Below the pieces are notes generated by a model. The model was not told where the DNA came from, searched no databases, and worked only from the letters and a program-made list of their open reading frames with translations. From NCBI RefSeq assembly GCF_006345805.1, contig NC_043002.1, positions 71,238,001 to 71,302,000 of the forward strand: a stretch of DNA of 64,000 nucleotides, read 5' to 3'. Shown one piece after another: positions 52,771-64,000 of the stretch. Source of the stretch: Octopus sinensis (lineage: Eukaryota). A program made the translations under genes and the position numbers. How positions within the stretch are numbered: position 1 is the stretch's first letter; every line of letters starts with the position of its first letter.

Positions 52771-54540
52771 ATTGAATGCCTTAAACTGCTTAAGGTCTCA
52801 CACAATATCCTGAAGCTAATACAAAACTCAATGACAACGTGGCGAACTGAACTCGTAGCTTGGAGAGATAAGCTGGGAGAGGTAAATATCAAACAAGGAA
52901 TCTTTCAAGCGGACATTCTGTCACCTTTCTTATTTGTTGTCTGCATACTGCCATTATGAGCGGTTTAAGAAAGATGCTAAGCAGGATGAAAGTAAACAAC
53001 CTGTGGTTTATGGATGACCTAAAGCTATTCGCTAAGACTGGGAAAGAAATTGAGAGTTTGACGGCAACTGAGTAGATGATTAGCAAAAGGGAAAGCCATG
53101 GGATCAAGCTAAAAAGTGGTGAAACCAGAAGGGAAGACGGAGAGGAAGGATATAAGTATCTGGGTATCATTGAAAGCGATAAGATGAATGAACACAAGAT
53201 GAAAGAAATGTACAAGAATGAGTATTTGAGGAGAACTGGGCTTGTGCTCCGATGGAAGCTAAGATTAGAGGAATTAAGTTTAGTGCTTTTAACATGTGGG
53301 CTGTTGCTTTGATGAGGTAAGGGGCAGGAATAGTATCTTGGAAGAAACATGAATTACAAGAGATAGACCGGAGAACACATGTAAATTAATGACAATGAAC
53401 AAGAAACTACGTCCAAAAGTGATGTGTCAAGATTTTGTGTAAAGATAAGGGAAGGAGGACGGAGATTTGTGTGCTGTGAAGGTTGTGTAAGTGAAGAGGA
53501 GAATTTCCTGGCTTGGTATGTCAAGGGGAGTAAAGAAGAAATGATTGAAGCAGTGAAAATGCAAGTAACCTTAAAAGTGAATGAAGCCGTATATCGAATA
53601 CAGTTTAAGAAAGACCAGAGAAAGCAGAGGAAGAAAATTTGGCAGGACAAGAAAACGACAGTCAATTCTTGAAGAATAAAGATGAGCTTGATTGGAATAG
53701 AAGCTGGCAATGGCTATAAAAAGGAGATTTAAAAAATTAAAAGGGCCCACTGCGGCATTAGTGTGCAGCGCTCAAGAACAAGCTCTCAGAACAAACTAAA
53801 CCAAATATCACATTAATAAAAACACTAACTTCCACAGTGTAGGATGTGCTCTGAGAAGGGAGAAAGTATAAGCCATATTATTAGTGAGCACTGTAAACTC
53901 GCACAACGCGACTACAAAAGGAGACACGACAATGTGGCCAGATATGTCCACTGGTTGTTGTATGGTAAAGCAAACCTCGAGAGAGCCGAACTCAAGCCAG
54001 AGGGAGTAATGGAAAATGAGCATTACAAAATACTCAGGAATTTTAGCATACAGTTCGACCACGTTATAGAGGCGAGACTACCACATGTCGTGCTCATCCA
54101 TAAAGATGAAAAAGAAGTAAAGATAATAGATGTTGCAAAACCAGGCGATTCGCGGGGAAATGTACGGAAACAGAAAAGATTGAGAAATACCAGCCACTGC
54201 GGGACGAAATAGGAAGGGTATGGGGCATGAGGAAAGTAATGCTGATACTGGTGATAATTGGAGCATAAGTAGCAGTTTCCAAGGGCTTTGAAAAACATAT
54301 TAAGAATATTGGAGCTGCTTTCAGGATCGAAGTAATCCAAAAGGCAACATTGTTGGGTAGAGCTCGCATTCTAAGGAGAGAATTGGTCTCTGAGTCACAG
54401 GAGAAGGCACTACTTGAAATCTTTGGTGATTTGTTCTTGCCTGTTTTCAAGTAAAGAATAACCGGTAATTAAGAACTATGCGAGAGTATTTCATAATAAT
54501 AATAATAATAATAATAATGATAATAATGATAATAATAATC
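52771..54540 (+). mobile_element. R4/Dong-like LINE, second family, 5'-truncated with 3' end and (AAT)n tail
   Basis: RT restarts (IKQGIFQAD, FMDDLKLF, YKYLG), then CRMC..HIISEHC..YKRRHDNVA..PHVVLI..IIDVAKPGD and QKATLLGRARILR; (AAT)n tail from 54494. Confidence 0.9.
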
Positions 54541-54549
54541 CTTTCTGTC

Positions 54550-54751
54550 GTAACCATAAGGCATGAACTTTTAGGGGAAGGGACTAATCGATTTCGTCGA
54601 CCCCAGTGATCCACTGGCATTTAAGGTATCGACCCCGAAACGATGAAAAGTAAAATAGACCTTGGTGTAATTTGAACTCAGAACGTATAGATAGACGAGA
54701 TACCGGTAAGCATTTCGCCCGACGTGCTAAAGCTTCTGCCAGCCCACTGCC
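54550..54751 (-). mobile_element. SINE family B (monomeric)
   Basis: Homology to the other copies. Confidence 0.82.
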
Positions 54752-57179
54752 TTAAATATTACAACAATAACAAAAACAGCAACAACATAAGCAAACTCAT
54801 TTCTTTGTAATGGACACCTGAATGTTTCCGCACATGCGATTAAAAGTCTTGTAGATTTGTTTACAGAACATGTTGAGGCATGTGTTCTGGATTATACTGA
54901 ATGAGAGTTATATATGATGCAGCAGTTAATTTCTTTAATTACGTCAGATAATTACAGAGAATAATTAATGAGTAAACTTTTCTTATGCACAAGCCACGAC
55001 AATTACGAAGTTCTTGATTAAGAAGACTACAAACTGGTAGTGCGACCCATATACACACAGGTAAGATGTAGCAAAAGATTCAAACATGATACCAGTCCGC
55101 TAGGCGCCAAGTGCTTTACATTCCCCATGCCATGTGCAATTTGCGGACAGCTGAGTTGTTAAGTATCCCACATCTTCTGAAGAATATTCCTCCATATTTT
55201 CGTAGGACACCAATGCAATCTTCAACAAAAAACCTCTCATCGTGGCGTTTCTGCTAATAGTTTTCAAAATTGTCTACCAGTATACTGATTCGGACATATG
55301 CCGCCAGCTCCTATACGAAACTGAACAGTCAACTACACTCCTTCCACATTAATACTAAACTTGGTGATTCCGTGGGGAGGAAGTCCGTCCGTTAGCATTC
55401 TATGTTTTTGCTTGAGGTGATCCATTTTTTCCCGCTTTTGTTCCTCTTTTTCCCAACGAGTTTTGAAATTTTCTGTTTCCATCTTCTAACCACTAAGATA
55501 TAGTACTACTACTAAGATATAGTAGTACTATTCTAATCTTTTATTCTAATGTCAACATCCGCACTTGATTACATAGCGATAACCATGACGTCAACCCTGC
55601 GAACGTGCCCATAATATACCACGCAATAACAGTGGTATTTGGATGAACGTTGTCTCTGACCGTTTCATGTAAAGGTGAATATAGTTCCAGAGACCTTATC
55701 TCGCTCACTATAAGATTGTAGAATTTAATCAGAATGTAGACAATCATTAAACCATACGTAGACAGATCAGAAGTTCAAGACACACGCCATTTCATGATAT
55801 AAACTGTCAACAATAATTCCATTAGCATTTTCAATCGAGTTTTCGTGGACATAGGGTGAGAAATTCTCACTAATGGAATAATACTGCTCCCCATTAATAA
55901 TATGATAAACGTATAGAGATTCTACAATACGTTGTGAATACCTTTTACTCCTTCCGTAACTGAACTTTGGAAATACAACAGGTACAGCTACATGCGTACG
56001 TACATACATAGATACATACACACACATATATGTGTGGTGGGGATGAGTGTGAGTGCGTATTATGTATCTGTGTGTGTGTCCGTGTGTGTGTATGTGTGCG
56101 TGCTAGTGTGTTAGTGTGCGATGGATTCAGAGATACTGGAAGCACAAATACTTTACCAGTAACATACACAAAGCGGTACCTTGCAACTTTTTTCCTTATC
56201 ATTCCGTATAAAAATTTATTCCAATTACATCACATGCAATATTAAGATCCCTTAACAGCATACTATTTTGGGTGTTAATCTCAACCACTTAACAAAATTC
56301 TATTGACCATCCAATATGAGTCTAAGTGGTGTGTGATGTTGAGCACCTGGCCTTTGTGTCATTTCCATAAAACAATTTTTGGTTCTTGTTACATGTTGTT
56401 TTCAACACATTGCTACTTTGAATAATCACTTCTCAACAATAATTACGTACAATCCTTCACGTAAACTTGCAGATATTATTGAAATTTGACCTCTACATCT
56501 GTAAAGTTAGCTTAGAATTCTTCGAAAATCCACTCTTCGATTCATATAAATGCATTTTATCTATTTAGCCCAAAGCTCGCATCACGTTCGCTACTTGTAT
56601 TCATCTTAAAGCTAGCATCATGTATACAGGCTGTACAACTGTTTGAATAGAAAGCGGAAGTATTTGATATGTTTGTAGAACTCAAACTCTTATTAAATTA
56701 GAAAGCTACCAGCTTACGTCAATAACATTTATACACGGGCAGCAATGCTGGAATATCTATGTGGTCATCCAAACTGCTAAATATAGGCAGACAGGCACTT
56801 CTCAAATGTATATTTAATACTACGTGGAAAGTAGTTCTCGATATAATAGAAATAGGTAGACGCATTTAAATCCTATGTTCTTCATAGATCTGCTCGGTCA
56901 AAGCTGACTTAGGGCTGGATGGTATAAACACTTTTAGTAAAAACAATGGTGAGTGCAGGGCTTTCTAACTGTCTTTTCCGTTTTTATTGGTTTACTATAG
57001 TAAATACTTCTTAGATTAAAACTTAGTGGATTAGTGAGGCCAGGCGAATTTTACATTTGCAGAACAATGTAATGGTATGAATGCAGTGTTATTTTATTTT
57101 ATTGCATGGGAGAAGAGTGAAGATGTACAACATTAAAGATATCGACGTATTCTTGAATTCCGGATATGTTGAAAGTGAA

Positions 57180-57600
57180 CGGTTGTTTGGTAAGAAGTTT
57201 GTTTCCGAGTCGCATGGTTCGGGGTTCAATCCCAATGCGTGGCACCTTGGGCAAGTTTCTATTAACCTTGGTCCAATTAAAGCCTTGTCAGTGCATTTGG
57301 TAGACGGAAGCTGAAAGCGCGTCGTGTGTGTGTGTGTGTGTGTGTCTGTGTGTGTGTGTGTGTGAGTGAGTGTGCATGCGTGTGTATCCTTTTATATGTG
57401 TCTGTACCCAACTGCTGCTTGACAACCTGTATCGTGTTTACGTTCCCGTAACTTAGCCGTTCGGCAATAAAGTCCGATGGAATAAGTACCAGGCTCTACA
57501 AAAAAAAAAAAAATTAAATTATTAACAAATCATGAAGTCGATTTATTCCACTAAAATTCTTCAAGGTGGTGCCTCAGCATAGACGCATTGTAATGAGCGA
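57180..57600 (+). mobile_element. SINE family A, diverged
   Basis: ggttcaatccc..gcgtggcaccttgggcaagt..gtaacttagccgttcggcaa. Confidence 0.75.
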
Positions 57601-59036
57601 AGCAACTAAACGAAAAAAATGTGATTAATCAACTGTTTATCATATTGTGTTACTTTCCTTTCAATACTTATGCAAGAATGTAGAAATTTTGCCAAATTAT
57701 TTGATATCTGCCGCCGGTTATTCATACTTCAATACTATAGGTTATTTTTACATTTTACTGTTGAATTCAGATAAAATGCATTGCAGAATCTTCATCCAAC
57801 AAAATCATCCAATTCTAGATCGTAGCTTTGAAGAAATACTATACCATTAAATAACACAGCTATCAGAACTGGCAACTCTACCACTTCAACGGCATTTCAT
57901 ATCAGATCGAAGATACAAGAGATGAATGAATGGGAAATCATAACTTCAATATATGTTTTCTTTAATTTGTTTTTCAACACTTTTTTTTTCTCTATTCTCA
58001 GTTATTTTTCACTCGGGCCAGACAATATAACAAAAGAAGCAATAGACTTCAGGAGCCTTAAACGTAGAATATAAATTGACAGGAAAAAATCGTGCATTAA
58101 TTCCCTAATATATATTGAAAAGACAGAGACAGAAATATACGAAAACTGAGAAGTGATGGCTTCGATTTGATTGAAATTATGTTAACTAGAGTACTGTTAA
58201 AAGCAAATCAGACAATTCACGATAATTACATTAATCTAAATTTAGTTTTAGCAAATGCAAATATATAAAAAAAACATAAATTACACGTAAAATATATTAA
58301 AAAATAAGGGAGAATATTGATTACTCGCATGATATTAAATAAATACATTTGTAATTTTAGAAAGTGTTTTGACCAAAGGGAGTATTCAATTCTGGTGAAA
58401 CAAAACTCAAAATAATAAGAACAAATGTGTATTTTTTAAATAAAAGTTGTAAAAAAATCCTGACAAAACCGAAGCTTTCTAAAGAGGCGGCAAAGAAGTG
58501 ATTGTATACAAAGGTCTTGTAGAAGGCCAAAAGTATTAGTCAATAACAATTTTTTTTTAATGCAGTAACAAAATGAGGTACTTTATCTTTTGTTTTTGTG
58601 CATTTTGAAAATGTATATTTTTTTCTCTGTGAATGCTTCGGTTGTTCTGGAAAAAAAATGCCCAAAATATATACGAAATGGACAGATTCCAAATTGGAGT
58701 AGATATTCATAGAGGAATTCAACTCAACATGTGCAAGTAAATATGTATAGAGAAAGATACTTAATAAGATATTTATTTTAGATAAATGATTGTATGTTAT
58801 GGATTACTGATACATAAACGAAACAACAATGCTCAAATTACGCTTCACTTTTTCTTTAATCTCGAAAAAGGAGATCAAAGTTCATTCAAGGACTAACGCA
58901 GAGCAAGTTATACAAACACACTTATATGTTTGCGCGTATATATATATATATATATATAGATAGATAGATATAGATATAGATATATACGCGCAAACATATA
59001 AGTGTGTTTGTATAACTTGTATATATATATATATAT

Positions 59037-59105
<69 letters not shown>

Positions 59106-59346
59106 CAGATACGACAATATGTGAAATATGGGTACGTGAACAATTACATATATGTTATGCATATATATAAATAGCTCTAATATATAGTATATAAAGTATT
59201 TGATATATATATATATATATACATACATACATACATATATATATTTATATATACATACATATATATGTATACGTACGAAAATATGTGAAATATGTGTATA
59301 TGTATAAATACCTATATATTATGCATATATATATATATACATAGAC

Positions 59347-59381
<35 letters not shown>

Positions 59382-59392
59382 TTGTATGCGTG

Positions 59393-59446
<54 letters not shown>

Positions 59447-60579
59447 GACTAATACACCTACACACACATATGTACGCACAGAGAGAAAATGAGTGATAGA
59501 GCGAGGAATGGCCTAATAAGTACTCACGTATGAATCAGGGAGTGACGAGAGAGTTAGGAGACGAGGTGGAGGAGGTGCAAATAATTTGATGCAGTGAAAT
59601 TAGTATAGAAGTATTCAAAGGAATTGATACATCTCTTTGGGATCGATACGTTCATACATAGCAATGATTTTCCGATAGGTCAAAAACAGGGTGAGAAATC
59701 CAGTTGTACATTAAATATCTGTGGGTATCGAAATGCCCCATTTAGGATCAATTCTCAGGCTAGCTTAAAGTAGGATAAATGCAATCTAATTTAAAAGACT
59801 CAACAAACTGACAAACCAAAAGAAATAATAGATTATCAATGATACGTTTTAAAAAGTATTTGCAAAGTATTGAAATATTTTTTGCTGTAATAATCTAAAG
59901 AAATTCTTCGCCCCAATTCCCCAATAGACTCAATGCCAAAGAATTGATCTTGGAAACAGAATAGAATGAAATGAAAGTAAAATACTGCCATAAATTCGAT
60001 CGAGGAAGAGTTTTACCGCTTCACTGGTTTACAATAAAAATATTAGACGAGAAACATTGTTTATGTATTCATGGTTTTTGTAAAATCGAACAATTTACTA
60101 AGGAACTATACACATACCCTTTGCAGACCTTCTGGATCGGTCTGGGAAATTTCATGTTATTAATATTTTAGTTTGAGGCCTCGAAGGTGGTATCTATAAG
60201 GAAAACATGGGTGGGGATGAAGTCAAGAATGTTGATATTTCAGTCAGTAACAAATGGATGAGGTAGTTGATGCAGCATGCGTGACGAACTCCAGATGGCT
60301 AAGAAAATCAGGTTGTGTGTGTAATAATCAAACTCAAAGAAGCAGAGGTCGTGTTAGTACCTCCAAATTAACGTGCAGCAGGATTGAAACCAATCCAAGT
60401 GTCGCAAAACAATCTTAGGTGCACAGTATTGTCTATGCCTATCTGTCAAAAATGTTTTATTCATGTATAACATAAGACTCCACTTAGAAAAATCACTATC
60501 TGCAGAGTGTGCGTTGCGAAGGGAGCCGTTGATAATGAGCTGCATGGCATTCGAATGAATAGAAACAGATAACCATTAA

Positions 60580-60792
60580 GGCGGCTACCTGGCAGAAACG
60601 TTAGCACGCCCGGCGAAATGCTGAGTTCAAATTCCGCTGAGGTCGACTTTGCCTTACATCCTTTAGGGGTCGATTAAATAAGAACCAGTTACACACTGGA
60701 ATCGATGTAATCGACTTAATTCGTTTGTCTCTCCTTGTTTGTCCCCTCTATGTTTAGTCCCTTGTATGCAATAAAGAAATGAGAAACAGGTA
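60580..60792 (+). mobile_element. SINE family B (monomeric)
   Basis: Homology to the other copies; flanked by aaacagataaccattaa / aaacaggtaaccattaa (putative TSD). Confidence 0.88.
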
Positions 60793-61524
60793 ACCATTAA
60801 ACACGGAAACTTCCTGCTAAACAATATAATGACGAACACATAAAATTGACAACAAGCTAAAATACAGTGAAATGTTTCAGAATGAGGGGCTTTCAATTTT
60901 CTAACTTACCAGGGGTACAATATCTGATAGCTTCTATGGAAATATTTGAATGAAAATGATCAAGATCTTATAAGCCTTCAAAACAAACTTCTCCAAAATC
61001 AAAATATTCTTGGAAAAGTTTATTTATCTCAAACCAAATGTTTCAAAGAATAAACAATTTAACAAAAGCGTACAAAACTAATTAGAAACACAGAATGCAT
61101 TTGCAACTCTCAGCAAGACACCATGATACACTGCATAACATAACACGATATTTGTGAATATTAAAAGCCTATACAAAATGTTAAACACTTAAAAATTTAA
61201 CATAAAACTTTTAAGGGCTTAAATTTTTCTTTTACTTCTTTCAGTTATTGGACGACAGCTACACTCCTGTCCGGTACCACCTTAAATAGTTTAGTCGAGT
61301 AAAACACACGCCTTCCCTACAACGTGCGACGTATTAAGCCTAAACACGGGACACCGAACTTTAACAACTGTCATGCCTACTAATGAATGTTGAAGATACT
61401 TTTATTTTCTACACTGCTTAGAAGATCATTATCTCATGCAAAATCTCATATAGGCACCACTTTATCAATAGACGACTAGAAAATGTACTAAAGAAGTTAG
61501 ACAATCATGTACGTAAATAGCACG

Positions 61525-61820
61525 AGTATGGCTCTCCGGATAAGAAGTTCGGTTTTCAAATACGTGATCTCAAGCTCAGTGTTACTGGGCCGCACGTTGG
61601 ACACATGTGTTCCGCTGTTGTTTTTGGTCGACCTATGATTTGTGAATAAATTTGAGTGAAGGAAACTGTCGTGTACACGCATATACATACACACACACGC
61701 ACATAGATATCCATACATACGTGTGTACGTACATGTTTCTTTTTTTTGTGGTTGTCCCCTAACATCTCTTGACAACCGCTGTTGATTTGTTTACGTCGCT
61801 CTAAATTGGCGTCTTTGCAA
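61525..61820 (+). mobile_element. SINE family A, highly diverged
   Basis: ggaaactg..gtcgt, microsatellite, cttgacaaccg..gtttacgtc. Confidence 0.6.
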
Positions 61821-61856
61821 ATTCATAAACCTGCGCGAATGCTATACTAACACTCT

Positions 61857-62268
61857 GGGATCTTTTCGGTTTGAACGGCAGTTTTTAACATAATTTCTAG
61901 GGAACTAAAAATTTTGAATTTCGTATACTGGTAGAATGCGTTTATAAAACACCTTTTTCTCTTGGCTTTATGGAGAAAATTCTGTAGTTTGTAAGATAAT
62001 AGTTTTTTTCTTCAATTTCTGCAATTTCAACCAATCAGTGACGTCTATTCAGTTAAGAAGCATTCTGTGCCGTATGAATATGTGCCTCGTTTAAGAAACA
62101 GATTGTGTTTATTTACATTTGTGAAGAAAAAAAGATACACTTCCCCCACCCCTAACCCTAACCCTAAAAGAGATTGAAATGCAATAGATCGATTCTAGGG
62201 TTATAATTATGGGTGACAATTTCATATAACACCGCTAGAAAAAACTGCTGTTCAAAACGAAAAAACCC
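61857..62268. mobile_element. MITE with about 29-bp TIRs, 7-bp TSD and internal (CCCTAA)3
   Basis: TIR gggatcttttcggtttgaacggcagttttt versus the reverse complement of aaaaactgctgttcaaaacgaaaaaaccc; acactct on both sides. Confidence 0.85.
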
Positions 62269-63308
62269 ACACTCTGATAAAATCCAGACTTGACTAACCA
62301 CATCTAATATTAGGAAACATTTAAAGCTGTTTAGAATGAACAATTAACTGTATTTCCTTCGTTTCATAAATCTTGAGTTCACTTTAATAGATTTCATGCA
62401 GAATACACAGTCTATTATCGAGACACAATAATGAACAGTGAGAATTAAGCATCTTTTAAAATCTATTATACCAGAAACATTTTCTTCATATTACATTCTG
62501 ATATGTGTTTCTGCTGAATGAGCGTCTTAAGGTCCTTTGATATAAGCGGTATCTACATTTAATCGATTTATATTAAATCCATTGTAATACACTTTCTAGC
62601 CCAAAGGTTTACAATCCAATACAGCATCTTTATTGAAGGTGTTTTCCATGTGGGCGGGCGAAGCGAACTAAACATTCTGGTATTAAATATAAGTTCCTGA
62701 AATATACTCTTGGTGGGCGAATATAAAAGATTTGGAATAAAACAGTGAAGATTGTTGTAATGTATTTTATGTCCATAGTTCTAGGTATCTTTTCAACTTA
62801 GAATGACCTATTATACAGGTAGAAAGCAGATTACTATATTGCGCTTAATAGTAGAAGATTCCTTAACATCAATGTCTGCACATACTAAAAATGATATAAA
62901 GTAAGTGGACAGATATTTAAAAAATCGAAACAATACAGGAGCTGATGTTGTTTTTCTTGGGTAACTTGACTTATCCATCACAAGAGAATATCATAATATT
63001 AACACATTAAAATATTAATATCAGTTGATGTTAATGAAATAAAACTGTAATAGAATTATGTTTCTTAGAAAGAAAAAGAACAGTTTAATCGAAAGGCTAT
63101 CCTAGTAGTTGGCCTAGTAGGTAAATGCTATTTAGTTAAAACCAATATTAAATAAATTTGTGAATATTTGATTAAGTCTGCTTAAGTACACTTCTTTCAA
63201 AGTGGTTCAAACTAATACTACTTATTTGGAAAATATTTAAAGTTTCTCAATATGAATACAAACATTTTATTGCTTTTTCATTCCCGCAATTTGATAATCT
63301 TTAGATAT

Positions 63309-63690
63309 GGAGGCGCAATGGCCCAGTGGTTAGGGCAGCGGACTCGCGGTCATAGGATCGCGGTTTCGATTCCCAGACCGGGCGTTGTGAGTGTTTATTG
63401 AGCGAAAACACCTAAAAGCTCCACGAGGCTCCGGCAGGGGATGGTGGTGATCCCTGCTGTACTCTTTCACCACAACTTTCTCTCACTCTTACTTCCTGTT
63501 TCTGTTGTACCTGTATTTCAAAGGGCCGGTCTTGTCACTCTCTGTATCACGCTGAATATCCCCGAGAACTACGTTAAGAGTGCACGTGTCTGTGGAGTGC
63601 TCAGCCACTTACATGTTAATTTCACGAGCAGGCTGTTCCGTTGATTCGGATCAACCGGAACCCTCGTCGTCGTAACCGACGGAGTGCTTC
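63309..63690 (+). mobile_element. SINE family C, full length, tRNA-derived
   Basis: A box tggcccagtgg, B box gtttcgattcc; copies at 22310 and 47215. May be one of the described octopus OR/OK SINEs (not verified). Confidence 0.9.
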
Positions 63691-63854
63691 CATCCTTGCA
63701 TCCTAGATATAAGGATATCGAATATTTCTTCAAAACACAGGTCGCATCCCCGATTCCAACTAATATAGGGTGAAGCGTCACTTATAATTAACCACTGAAT
63801 GCCATATTTGTGGTCTTAATCATTTAACGTGCAAATGAGCTTCTTTAAAGTCAA

Positions 63855-64000
63855 ACTCTTTACTCTCTTTTTTCCCTTTTACTTGTTTCAATCATATGAC
63901 AGTGGCCATGCTCGAGCACCGCCTTTAGTCGAAGAAATCAACACCAGGATTTATCCTTTGTAAGCCTAGTACTTATTCTATCGGTCGCTTTCGCCGAACG
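63855..64000 (-). mobile_element. SINE family A tail (runs off the window)
   Basis: Homology to the other copies. Confidence 0.88.

Noticed and set aside
55541-56027. Merlin/ISXO2-like transposase remnant (VRDNVHPNTTVI)
   Set aside because: The similarity is too short and broken to support without an HMM search.
63309-63380. tRNA gene (also 33908 and 47560)
   Set aside because: The A/B boxes continue into a repeated SINE body; there is no proper acceptor stem or terminator.

Overview
AT-rich, microsatellite-dense eukaryotic intronic/intergenic DNA. The SINE families look like those of Octopus (coleoid cephalopod), but the organism is inferred rather than verified. I found no recognisable host protein-coding gene. 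Most listed ORFs are microsatellite or SINE read-through, and the only recognisable coding sequences are decayed retrotransposons: a CR1/Jockey-like RT, five R4/Dong-like LINE pieces beside (TAA)n tracts, and three Penelope-like (GIY-YIG) fragments. There are also two non-autonomous Helitrons, MITEs and more than 25 SINE copies or fragments. The main unexplained signal is a set of about 9-11 minimal type-I hammerhead ribozyme motifs with palindromic stem III. They sit in six or more unrelated, mostly non-coding Penelope-pLTR/retrozyme-like elements, which often form head-to-head fold-backs and repeatedly land in the (TA)n tract inside one SINE family. All alignments and folds were done by eye, and most repeat boundaries are approximate.
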